From positions 1 to 64,000 of the forward strand of contig JAVKIH010000014.1 in assembly GCA_031459625.1 (NCBI GenBank): a stretch of DNA of 64,000 nucleotides, given 5' to 3'. Source of the DNA: Candidatus Geohabitans tengchongensis (GTDB lineage: Bacteria > Sysuimicrobiota > Sysuimicrobiia > Sysuimicrobiales > Humicultoraceae). The translations under genes were made by a program, and so were the position numbers. Positions 28,242-37,271 of the stretch are shown piece after piece (positions within the stretch are counted from its first letter, which is position 1; each line of letters begins with the position of its first letter). The notes beneath the pieces are model-generated. The model made no database searches and was not told the DNA's origin. It saw nothing but the letters and a program-made list of their open reading frames with translations.

Positions 28242-30545
28242 TCACACGGTCATCTCGTTGGCGGCAGGGAGAACGGCAGGCAGACCGTCGCTGCGGATGG
28301 GGGCGGAGGCCGGAGGTCGACGGCGGGGCGAGCGGGGGACCGTGCGGGCGGGGGCCAGCGCGCTCTGCGCGCGCAACGCGGCGATGTCCGCGCGAATCGT
28401 GCGCACACTCACGCCGAGGACGCGAGCGAGGTCCTGCTCCCGGGGTCGGGCGCCCTGGGCGTCGGCCTCGGCCAGCAACCGCAGGATCCTCGCCCGGCGA
28501 AGCCCCACCGGCCCCTTCACCTGGCGGATGCGCTCATCGGTCTCGCCACTGTCCACGGTCCAGTAGACCTCGACGAACGCACTCCTCGCCACCCGGCCGC
28601 GCGCCTCCTGGGCGGGCAGCGCCACCAGCACGACGCGACTCCGCGACGCCGGCCGCGGAGGCGCCTGACCCCGCGGCAGCTCGCTTCCCGGCCCGTAGAC
28701 TTTGTTCCAGGTTTCCACGATGGCGGCGTTCAAGGGGAACCTCAGGAAACGTTCCCGTCCCCGCCGCCCCAGTCCCTTCGAGAGACGTTCCACCAAGGCG
28801 TAAGCCATGGTAAGAGCGTGCTGAGCCTCGGGGTTCTGCGGGTCGCCAAGGATCTGGTAGTGGTTCCAGTACGCCTCCTGCGGACGAGGATGAGCCAGGC
28901 CCTTCGCCTCTAACAAAGCGATGGCCTCATTAGAGGCTTTAAGCGCTTTGCTCCGGTCCTCTGATCTAAAGGCGAGGGCTAAGGAAGTCAGAGCATCTAC
29001 ATATCCATAATGGTCGCCTGTTCGCTTAAACAACCGAATCGCTTTCCTGAGGTACTCAACCGCATGGGATTCCGCCGAAGTAGCCAAGCACACCTTGCCA
29101 AGGGCGAGCATTCGAAAAGCCCTATGAGTGGGGTCTCGGGAGTACAAGGCACCCGTAAGATGATCTTCCGATGCTAGTTGCAAAGCAAACTCAACTCTTC
29201 CTTGCTCAAGTGCGAGTCTGATTAACAAAGAATAGACGTTCCCATGCGCTTCCACCGCAGCCGGTACAGCCAAGGCTTTCATCAACATCGATCTAGCGAG
29301 TCTGAAGTTTGGTAAGGCATATAGAAGTGTACTGACTAGATTAGTCGTAACCACCAAAGTCCATCTTTTATCTCCCTTGCCGGCCATAAACGGAAGGCCC
29401 CTGCAAGCCTGCTTCAAGGCCTCTCGTAAATCACCAGCCATTGCGCACGCGCTAGCCAAGAGGGCCCTTGCCAAAGCTTCGGCAGGAAGGTTACCCATCT
29501 GGCAAAATGTTTGAGTAGCCAAGCCAAGTTGAATTTTGGCTTCTTGGGCAAATCCTTCAGCGTAATGTATGACTCCTCTAATCAAGTGACGGAGTCCGCG
29601 CTGATAAGCCTGCCCACTGTCCCATCTCTCAGCACGCTCAAGGCTTCTCAGCGCTTCTTTGTTAAGTCCTAGCGCCAACTCCACACGCCCTATGCTCGTC
29701 CAGAGACGCTCTAGGGTGGCAACGTCGGATCTGGGGTTAATCTCCTCCGCCAGTCTTCGCAAACCATTTCGCGCTTGAAAGAGTTGTCCCTTCCGGTATA
29801 AGAGATAGTACGTCAGTTCTCCTATTCTTGTGCGCTGCCGCTGATCCCTCATCACATCTGTGAGTCTCATGAGACGAGTAGTTGATCTGCGAGTCTCCGC
29901 AAACTTACCCTGCCAAAGATAGACCCATGCCCGCTGCAGCTCGCCCTCAAATCTCTCCTTTGCATTTCGAACCTCGCCAGATAAAAGAATCGCTCGGTCC
30001 AAATCAGCCTCCGCCTCTTCAAGCCTCCCAAGCGCTTGTCTAGCCGCCGCCCGCTTCCGTAGCAAGCGAATCACTCTGAGATGAGATGGTTTGGCCGTAC
30101 TTACCAAGGCGAGTGCCTTCGTGTAGGCCGCCTCTGCCTCTCGCTGCTGGCCACCAGAGGCAGCCCGATCCCCGATAGCTTCCCATTGAGTACCTGCCTC
30201 CATTGGGAGCTCGGCTCCCTCAAGATGCCAAGCCAGGGCCTTCGCAGCAGCATCCGGTCGAGCCCTAACCAAAGGTATAGTGCGCCGATGCCAGTTGACC
30301 CTTGAATCCGCCGGAATCCATCGCAAGATAGCCTGTCGCAAGAAGAGGCTGGGAAAATAATAATCCGTGCCTTCCACCCCTATAAGTCCACGTTGGGACA
30401 ACTGGTCGAGTAAGCGCAGCACGGATCGGCGGGGGAGTCGGGAAACTTCTACAAGCAATCCAAGACTCTCCCTGTGTCCGAGAACGCAAGCCGCCTCTAG
30501 AAGAGTGCATGCTTTCTCTAGAAAGGAGGGCAAGCCTCCTAGCAA
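28242..30545 (-). CDS. C-terminal part of a split regulator: post-ATPase winged helix, TPR repeats, DUF1670-like HTH
   Basis: LLEAACVLG, Y.F...LRQAI, TPR-like helices, RLLAEADAQGARPREQDLARVLGVSVRTIRADIAAL. Confidence 0.8.
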   Translation of the reverse strand: MLGGLPSFLEKACTLLEAACVLGHRESLGLLVEVSRLPRRSVLRLLDQLSQRGLIGVEGTDYYFPSLFLRQAILRWIPADSRVNWHRRTIPLVRARPDAAAKALAWHLEGAELPMEAGTQWEAIGDRAASGGQQREAEAAYTKALALVSTAKPSHLRVIRLLRKRAAARQALGRLEEAEADLDRAILLSGEVRNAKERFEGELQRAWVYLWQGKFAETRRSTTRLMRLTDVMRDQRQRTRIGELTYYLLYRKGQLFQARNGLRRLAEEINPRSDVATLERLWTSIGRVELALGLNKEALRSLERAERWDSGQAYQRGLRHLIRGVIHYAEGFAQEAKIQLGLATQTFCQMGNLPAEALARALLASACAMAGDLREALKQACRGLPFMAGKGDKRWTLVVTTNLVSTLLYALPNFRLARSMLMKALAVPAAVEAHGNVYSLLIRLALEQGRVEFALQLASEDHLTGALYSRDPTHRAFRMLALGKVCLATSAESHAVEYLRKAIRLFKRTGDHYGYVDALTSLALAFRSEDRSKALKASNEAIALLEAKGLAHPRPQEAYWNHYQILGDPQNPEAQHALTMAYALVERLSKGLGRRGRERFLRFPLNAAIVETWNKVYGPGSELPRGQAPPRPASRSRVVLVALPAQEARGRVARSAFVEVYWTVDSGETDERIRQVKGPVGLRRARILRLLAEADAQGARPREQDLARVLGVSVRTIRADIAALRAQSALAPARTVPRSPRRRPPASAPIRSDGLPAVLPAANEMTV

Positions 30546-32082
30546 TTCGGTCGATGTAGGAGCGCCCGTGTATCTCCTGCAATACCCTTATTAGTCCTGA
30601 TTCCCAAGTACGCCTAAACAGTTCAAGTCGTAATCCACTCAATTGTTGGGTTGCAGTTTCCAGCAAACGAGGATTTCCACCCGTGATTTCAGTTAATCTA
30701 CCAACGAGGTGCGAACCCATTCGCTCTAAACCCCAAGATCCCAACAGCTCGCTCACTTCAGGAGGACTAAAAGGTCGGAGGGAAATAATCTCGTCGAAAA
30801 ATTTTTGTTCTCCAAGAAATGTAAGTACATCCTTTGAGCAATCCTCTTCACTCCAAGTGAGAACAAATATAATGGGATGGCCATCCAATTCCTTCCGCAG
30901 CTGTCGGATGATCCTTAAACTATAAATATCCGCGGATTGGATATTATCGAACATGATCAAGGAGGTCCCCTTCGTGGCCTCCCGACGAATCACCGAACGA
31001 AGCCAGCTCATCATGTTCCTCTCTATAGATAGCAAATCCCTATCACGATCAGGTAACGGTGCGTCTCCACTTCGGTCAGCCAGGCTCAGTGAAAGACGGT
31101 GAAGACACTGGTAGGATTCAACTTCTTCTGCCAGCTCAGGCAATCGTATCAAGTGAGACGATCCCCATCGGGCGCGCTCCACAAGGAGTCTCCTTAACAG
31201 GGTTGTCTTACCTAAGCCCCAATCGCCACGGATGCCTATTGCACGGGTTAAATTTGTTTGAGATACTAAGAAAATTGACCGCAAGGGATCACATTCGCTT
31301 CTTACCATAAACCACGATGGGAAGGAGCGTAGAATTCCCGTATCAACTAGTCGTGGCGTGTTCATTCGACCTCGTATCTCCCGATATAGCCCCGCAGTTT
31401 CCTGCGTCGGCTCCACTCCTAAGTCACGTCGAAGGTGGGAAATCAAAGTGGAATATACGTAATTCACCCGGTCGCCGTTTCCATCGCGAGCGTAAATTTT
31501 CATTAGTTCTTGCGCTGCTGCTTCGTTAGCAGGATCGATCTGGAAGATCTTCTCAAAGACTCTTCGGGAACTTCCAATATTCCCCCCGAACTGAAGAATT
31601 CTTCCAGCGCGAGCAAGGGTCTCTAAATAGAGGACACGGAAGTATTCGCGGAACTCAGTGATCCAATCCAAAGGAATATCGTGTCCACCTAGCTCACCCT
31701 GATACGAGTTCAGTAACCTATCAAGAAGTGGAGTCGGATCTGTACCCTCGACTAATGTTTTGCTGATCCTTTCCAGTTCCCAGCAATCCACCCAGATAGT
31801 CTTCCTTTCCAGCCACAGATGGCTCGCATCCCACGACAGGAATTTAGTCCCAATAGTATCCATCAGCGCTTTTATTCGCCAGAGCAGCGTGCTTAGGTTG
31901 GAGAGCGCTCGCGCCCCTTCCCGATCAGGCCAAAGCGCCAAGGCAGCGCTTCTCCGCGATGATCTGGCGTTCGGCTGGAGTGCAAGGAAAGCCGCGAGTT
32001 CAACACCCTTGGTTGGAAGACGCAGTGGGTGGCCTGAAAATTCAATTCTCATCTCACCGAGAAGATAGATATTGACCGTCAT
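30265..32082 (-). CDS. N-terminal part of a split regulator: SARP wHTH + BTAD + STAND AAA ATPase
   Basis: IYLLG, LWPD, IDPANEAA..ELM..Y, DLGVEP..ET..LY, Walker A GDWGLGKTT, Walker B LIMFDNIQSAD, TGGNP. Confidence 0.85.
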   Translation of the reverse strand: MTVNIYLLGEMRIEFSGHPLRLPTKGVELAAFLALQPNARSSRRSAALALWPDREGARALSNLSTLLWRIKALMDTIGTKFLSWDASHLWLERKTIWVDCWELERISKTLVEGTDPTPLLDRLLNSYQGELGGHDIPLDWITEFREYFRVLYLETLARAGRILQFGGNIGSSRRVFEKIFQIDPANEAAAQELMKIYARDGNGDRVNYVYSTLISHLRRDLGVEPTQETAGLYREIRGRMNTPRLVDTGILRSFPSWFMVRSECDPLRSIFLVSQTNLTRAIGIRGDWGLGKTTLLRRLLVERARWGSSHLIRLPELAEEVESYQCLHRLSLSLADRSGDAPLPDRDRDLLSIERNMMSWLRSVIRREATKGTSLIMFDNIQSADIYSLRIIRQLRKELDGHPIIFVLTWSEEDCSKDVLTFLGEQKFFDEIISLRPFSPPEVSELLGSWGLERMGSHLVGRLTEITGGNPRLLETATQQLSGLRLELFRRTWESGLIRVLQEIHGRSYIDRIARRLALLSRESMHSSRGGLRSRTQGESWIACRSFPTPPPIRAALTRPVVPTWTYRGGRHGLLFSQPLLATGYLAMDSGGFKGQLASAHYTFG

Positions 32083-32249
32083 GCCCTAACCTCGCCAACC
32101 AATTTTGACCCTAAACCATGCAACTACACTTCCAGGAAACTAGAACCAGGCCTTTCTCTATGCGCCCGCCGCAGGGGAACGAGTCAGTGGGAGTTAGTGA
32201 AGGTCTTCGCGCAAGTAGGGCGACGCCGACCCTTTCTGTTAAGCTTCCT

Positions 32250-33392
32250 TCAAACCACCTCCTGTCCAACTAGCGATTCAAGAGCAGCCACGATCTCAGG
32301 GTCGAACTGAGTTCCTGAATGCTGTTTGATAACCTCTAAGGCCTCAAAATGTGATCTCCCTTGCCGATAAGGCCTATCGGTCGTCAGTGCGTCAAATGCA
32401 TCGACCACGAGGATGATTCGCGAGCCTGTCGGGATGGATCTTCCCCGAAGGCCCGCAGGATACCCTGTGCCGTCAAAGTGCTCATGGCTGTGCTTTACTA
32501 TCTCAGCAGCCTTCTCATCAAGACTCTGGATCAACTCAGCCCCCGCAATAGGATGCCTCCGCACGACGGTCATCTCCTGTGAGGTAAGTCGCTGAGGTTT
32601 CCTGATGATGTCAACAGGAATCCCAATTTTCCCGATATCATGCATAAGCGCAGCTGTACGGATCGTGGGAATCTCGGACTCGGGCAAGCCCATTCTCCTT
32701 GCAACCTTGACAGCTAAATCAGCCACCCTTCTTGAGTGGTTCGAAGTGTAAGGATCTTTCAAATCTACCGCCTGGGAGATCATCTTCAAGCTTCGAAATA
32801 GCAGTACACTCTGCTCGTTGAGAAGTTTCCATGGATAGCAGAGCTCGGCCACAACCGCTATCCCAACCACAAGACCCAGGAGCCCGAACACCTCGCGACT
32901 TATGGCCAGCAGGAGAACCAGGGGAGGGGTAAGAAGATAGTAGGGGTAGAGTGTCGTAAATACAAGTGGCACTGCCCTGGAGAGTCCGATTCGTTCGCTC
33001 GAGATTAGGCTAAAGACGCGCAGCACCGCATCAATGATGAGAAAAATTCCGCAAGTGAGCAGGACGATGTAAGACGAAGTACCGGACAGGGAAGCCCTGT
33101 CCAGCAAAAGAGTCGTCACCCCAAGAGGGATGCTAAGAAGCAGCATAGATCTTGCGGCTTCTCCGGCCAAGTTTGCTTTAATGGCATTTCCGAGGAGGGC
33201 CTGTCCCAGAACAGAGGCAACGATTCCAGTCGCTAATGCGATTCCTGTTCCCATGATAACTAGAAGCGCAAGCACAACAGCGGAAGCCAGCGATAGAGGT
33301 AGCAACCCGAAATCCTCGAATCGGAATTCAATCCAGCCAGAGAAGATACCCGCAATGCCGATGAGCAGTAGTAGAGGTAGATAGAAAGTCAA
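32250..33392 (-). CDS. Membrane HD-GYP phosphodiesterase (intact motifs)
   Basis: Multi-TM N-terminus; HSRRV, HDIGKIG, HEHFDGTGYP, DAFDALTTDRPYR. Confidence 0.92.
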   Translation of the reverse strand: MTFYLPLLLLIGIAGIFSGWIEFRFEDFGLLPLSLASAVVLALLVIMGTGIALATGIVASVLGQALLGNAIKANLAGEAARSMLLLSIPLGVTTLLLDRASLSGTSSYIVLLTCGIFLIIDAVLRVFSLISSERIGLSRAVPLVFTTLYPYYLLTPPLVLLLAISREVFGLLGLVVGIAVVAELCYPWKLLNEQSVLLFRSLKMISQAVDLKDPYTSNHSRRVADLAVKVARRMGLPESEIPTIRTAALMHDIGKIGIPVDIIRKPQRLTSQEMTVVRRHPIAGAELIQSLDEKAAEIVKHSHEHFDGTGYPAGLRGRSIPTGSRIILVVDAFDALTTDRPYRQGRSHFEALEVIKQHSGTQFDPEIVAALESLVGQEVV

Positions 33393-33495
33393 GGGATCAC
33401 CCAGGAACTCCGACGATCAGCCTCGCCGAGCCAAGACTCTCTTAAAGCTGCCTGATTTACAAAGCGTAGATTGATCGCTTCCCTCCCACCTCATT

Positions 33496-34755
33496 TCACG
33501 TAGAGGTGGCATTGCTCGGTTTTGGAGCCAACTGCATGGAGAGGCTTGAAGCCAGAGTTAGGAATGCAGCCACAACCTCAGAATCAAAGCGACTACGCTC
33601 GCTATTAGTCAGCCTTTGGACGACCTCGTCCAAGGTATTTGGCTTCAAGTAGGGATGAAGACCGTTTAGTGCACTATCCACTTCCTCTGCGACTGCAAGG
33701 ATCTTAGCCATCAGGGGTATCCTCAATCCACCGCTTAAGCTCATGTCTACGTGGTGGTGTAGTATCGCCGAACAGATTTCAGGATTCCCGAGTTCTCGGG
33801 CGATGTCAGCTCCCAATTTAGAGTGAACGGATATCCAATCTACCGGTAAATCTGCTGTCGGATTCGCAAGCTCAGCCTCGAATGCGATCAGACCGACATC
33901 ATGCAACAAAGCGGCATACTCTAGAGTTTCCAGTTCTCTGCCGCCCAAGCCTAGCTGTTGCCCAATCGCGACAGAGAGATCGGCTACTCTTCGAGCGTGT
34001 CCTCTCGTCTTCGGTTGAGTCATCTCGCCTGCTAGCATTACCCTCTCCACGATACGGAGATACACACTCCGCCGCTTGAGATAGAGTTGCATGGCTAAAC
34101 GCTGAAAAGGAAGTAATGGGATAAACGCCAAGAGACTTAGAGCATGAACGTACCTATAAGAAAGGGCAAAGAGAAGACCAGTAAAAACACTCATCAAATT
34201 GCTGACCAGGAGATCTCGTCCGAAGGCCACCCACGTCCTAAAAAAGGGAAGGCCGCCAATGAGGCTGAGAGCTAAACCAACATAAAAGTTATTGACAATG
34301 TGAAAAGAGAAGGCACCCGTCAGAGCGCCCGCCATGAGGCGTATGGGCTGGTTGGGATCTAAGCCCTGGGAGACTAAGTGGAAAACCGCACTGCCGATCC
34401 CGACACTTATGCCCATCTGGCCGATGTTAAACGCTGACCGCCAAGGCACCCATCCTCTGCCCAGTGCGTTGCCGATGCCATAACTCAAGCCCCCAATGTA
34501 TAGACCTATTTCGGGAGGAAATAGGTACATGGTGGCAAAAAGGAGAATCAAGGCGAAGCTGATCGTACCACCGGACGGATCTTCAACTATAATCGATGAG
34601 GCAATAATTACCAGAGTTGCGATCAGAACCTCTCCCAGCCCTACCCCTGAGAGAGAAGGGAGTGAAGCGATGACAACGGCCACCCAGGTAACTATAGTGG
34701 ACAGTACGAGAAGTTGAAGCCTATCGGAAATTGGCCGATCGCAAATGGATCTCAT
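33496..34755 (-). CDS. Membrane HD-GYP-like protein (degenerate)
   Basis: Multi-TM N-terminus; HARRV and HDVG present, GYP loop absent, AVAEEVD in place of AVAD.FD. Confidence 0.88.
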   Translation of the reverse strand: MRSICDRPISDRLQLLVLSTIVTWVAVVIASLPSLSGVGLGEVLIATLVIIASSIIVEDPSGGTISFALILLFATMYLFPPEIGLYIGGLSYGIGNALGRGWVPWRSAFNIGQMGISVGIGSAVFHLVSQGLDPNQPIRLMAGALTGAFSFHIVNNFYVGLALSLIGGLPFFRTWVAFGRDLLVSNLMSVFTGLLFALSYRYVHALSLLAFIPLLPFQRLAMQLYLKRRSVYLRIVERVMLAGEMTQPKTRGHARRVADLSVAIGQQLGLGGRELETLEYAALLHDVGLIAFEAELANPTADLPVDWISVHSKLGADIARELGNPEICSAILHHHVDMSLSGGLRIPLMAKILAVAEEVDSALNGLHPYLKPNTLDEVVQRLTNSERSRFDSEVVAAFLTLASSLSMQLAPKPSNATST

Positions 34756-34949
34756 CGCCTTCCAAAAAAGAACCAGACCGACACTACAGGCCCCTTTCTC
34801 CGCCTAAGAAGATCCCGCGAACGACCCGTACGGTCAAGGCGAGCCACCCGTCCTGTTAGTAATCTCCTCCTGCGAGTAGGAACAGGCTCGGGAACCCGCT
34901 ACCGCTTGAGCAACTCGCCCAGAATTCGGCCGGGAAACGTGGACTGTTG

Positions 34950-36593
34950 TCAATCGGATGTCGGTCCGGTTGCATATCTAATTCTCTCAGCTACCTCGTG
35001 CTTCCTGCCGACTACCCGCCCGGCCATCCGTCCCCAGATCTTGCTACCTCGCTTAAACCACACGCTTCTCAGCGCCTTCCAAGCGACGAGGGAGCTCAAT
35101 AGCAACGCTGAAAACAGTCCCGCCCTGCTGGGCGAACCAACTACGACCAATAGAGCACATAGAGCTAACAAGCCGAGGCTGACATAATTCAAGTGCTGCT
35201 GCGACGCAGGAAGAAACGATTTATCTGTAGCAAATACGACTTCCTCGACCCAGGACATAAACTTCAAATTAAATTTAGAAAGAAACCTAGACCCTAATCC
35301 ACCTAATATCACATCAGGGAATGCAACAGCTGCGAATACGACGAAGCTAAGTGCGGCGAGTGACATTAGCAAAATGGCCCACCGAACTCCCATGTAATCA
35401 GCAAGGAACCCCAGACCGATCATCGAGACAAACCGAATTGCGGCAAGCATGACTTGGCGAAACGCCAACACCCTCCCAAGCAAATATTGCGGAGTCTCTT
35501 CCATCACAATCTGTGCAATGCCGAGAACAGTTACCATGTTGTACATGCCATACCAGAATGACGCAGTGTGGAGCATGCCCGCATTGAAGGAAAATCCGGC
35601 AGCAGCTGTGGAAGCGATCCAAAGGAGAAAGGGAACTACCACGAGAGCTTCCCTTGGGAATTTGGGCCCGTACCATCCACTAAGAAGCGATCCTGCAAGA
35701 AAACCTATCCCCATCATGCTGCCGAAGACACCGAAATCCGTATCCGACAGCTTGAGCTCGCCCTTAACAAGGGGGGTTTGAAGCGAGTTGAATCCTGAAA
35801 GTACCCATCCAAACAATAAGATCGCTAGGGCTATTTGTGATCGTTTGTGCCAAATGAACCTCAAGCCATCCCAAACATCAACCCAAATTGTGTGTATCCC
35901 TTTCTGTTCAGCTATTTCAACACGCATTCTAGGGAGAAAGGCTAGAAATAATGCCGAAATTAAATAGGACGCTGCGTCCACGTAGAGTGCCGCATGATAA
36001 CCAGCGATAGTAACCATAATCCCGGCAACTACTGGACCCACTATCTCGGTCCCTGTGTCGCTGGCGGTGAGAAACGATGTTGCAGCAAGATACTCTCTCC
36101 TTGACGTAATTTGTGGAATAGCTGCAAAGACAGCGGGGCGGAAGAAGGTTGTAGCACACGAAATCAGAAAGAGATCCAGGTAGACGAGGCGGATGTCGAT
36201 TCCCATGAGCCATGGGATCAGGGCGACGAGCAGGGCGCGTACCAGGTCGGCAGCCACCAGAACCGTCTTGCGGTCCAACCGGTCGATCAGGGCTCCTGCG
36301 GGCAATCCCAGCACGGCCGGACCCAGCATCAGCGCCGTCAGGGCATAGGACACCGAGAGGGCCGACGAAGTCTGCGTGTAGACCCAGAGCGAGATCGCCA
36401 CCCAATGGAAGCGGTCACCGAGTTGGGAAACGGCCTGGCTGCTCCACAGGAGCGCGTAGGCCCGGTTGCGCATCAGCGCGCGAAACCCCGGGGAGGAAAC
36501 CTGCAGGGCGGTCGGAGAGGCCTCGGCCGCCGCTCCCGGTCCCTGACGCTCTGTCGAGGAGGCCCGGGACTCGGAGGTGGGGGAACCCGTCAT
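34950..36593 (-). CDS. MFS transporter (DHA3/MFS_3-like) with extra C-terminal TM extension
   Basis: LLWSSQAVSQLGD, motif A GALIDRLDRK, ADLVRA, F.PA, P..LLGRV. Confidence 0.93.
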   Translation of the reverse strand: MTGSPTSESRASSTERQGPGAAAEASPTALQVSSPGFRALMRNRAYALLWSSQAVSQLGDRFHWVAISLWVYTQTSSALSVSYALTALMLGPAVLGLPAGALIDRLDRKTVLVAADLVRALLVALIPWLMGIDIRLVYLDLFLISCATTFFRPAVFAAIPQITSRREYLAATSFLTASDTGTEIVGPVVAGIMVTIAGYHAALYVDAASYLISALFLAFLPRMRVEIAEQKGIHTIWVDVWDGLRFIWHKRSQIALAILLFGWVLSGFNSLQTPLVKGELKLSDTDFGVFGSMMGIGFLAGSLLSGWYGPKFPREALVVVPFLLWIASTAAAGFSFNAGMLHTASFWYGMYNMVTVLGIAQIVMEETPQYLLGRVLAFRQVMLAAIRFVSMIGLGFLADYMGVRWAILLMSLAALSFVVFAAVAFPDVILGGLGSRFLSKFNLKFMSWVEEVVFATDKSFLPASQQHLNYVSLGLLALCALLVVVGSPSRAGLFSALLLSSLVAWKALRSVWFKRGSKIWGRMAGRVVGRKHEVAERIRYATGPTSD

Positions 36594-36672
36594 GATGACC
36601 TGCCCGTCTCAGAAGGGAGAGCCCGTCGCGATACCCTACCTGCCTCAGAGGGGGAGCCCGTCACGGTACCCT
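36575..36672. repeat. Three imperfect 35-36-nt direct repeats spanning the MFS start
   Basis: CCCGTC cores at 36586, 36622 and 36657: gggaacccgtcatgatgacct / gagagcccgtcgcgataccct / gggagcccgtcacggtaccct. Confidence 0.7.
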
Positions 36673-36852
36673 GATTGCGTCCCCTGCTCTATCCGCTTCC
36701 TTCCCAACCTTCCCGGATAGGGGACGCCAGCTCCTCCAGGGGAGCAGACTGCAGGCAAGGGGGAGGCAGCCCCTCCACGAGACCGGGCCGGGGACTCACC
36801 ACCGGCAGGGCGAGAGGCGTCCCCCGGGAGAGAGCCGGAGCCAGGCCCGCGA

Positions 36853-37170
36853 TCAGAAGAGGACTTCGGTAACGCCGTTCCGATGCCGGACGACGATGAG
36901 GTCTCCACTCTGCTGCAGCCGCCAGAGGGCCCGGGTCATCCCCTTGACCCTGACGGTCCGGAAACCGAACTCGCCCGGTGGGCGCCGGTGGAAGCCCTTG
37001 CCGCATGAGGTGCAGTAGCTCGCTCGGTCAGGGACGAAGGCCTCGCGGGTCTGGTTCCATCGGATCGTCACGTTGGCGACGACTTTGTCGCTGCCACAGT
37101 GAGGGCACTCGAGTGGCGTCATGGTGTCGGACCTCGGTCTCGGGAGCTGGGCTCCCTCCTCTACCTCCAC
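36853..37170 (-). CDS. Small zinc-ribbon protein
   Basis: CPHC...CTSC pairs. Confidence 0.7.
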   Translation of the reverse strand: MEVEEGAQLPRPRSDTMTPLECPHCGSDKVVANVTIRWNQTREAFVPDRASYCTSCGKGFHRRPPGEFGFRTVRVKGMTRALWRLQQSGDLIVVRHRNGVTEVLF

Positions 37171-37271
37171 CTCCCTTGTTCACCGCGCGTCAGGACGCCT
37201 CCTGCGCGCTCCGCGCGGCCGGACCAGGGAGAGCATCCCGACGTCCTTGCTGGAGGCACGTCCTGACGGCC

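Larger units (their letters stand above)
28910..36170. other. Lower-GC cassette (roughly 50% by eye) in high-GC surroundings
   Basis: Clear rise in A/T and in AGA/AGG/CTA-type codons; no integrase or att site seen; boundaries approximate. Confidence 0.85.

Noticed and set aside
32083..32262. Possible signal-peptide precursor after the strong AGGAGGTG at the end of the HD-GYP gene
   Set aside because: The frame reads MKEA* with several further stops; no credible ORF.
34756..34949. Short ORFs or a c-di-GMP riboswitch between the MFS and HD-GYP genes
   Set aside because: Candidate frames lack a start or a well-spaced RBS, and I saw no GEMM consensus.
28910..36170. Calling the low-GC block a prophage, ICE or defence island
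   Set aside because: No mobility genes or terminal repeats, and the STAND protein has a SARP/HTH regulator architecture with no nuclease, TIR or SIR2 effector.
36575..36672. Possible mini-CRISPR array (also considered for 27362-27440)
   Set aside because: Repeats are degenerate, have almost no unique spacers, and no cas genes are present.
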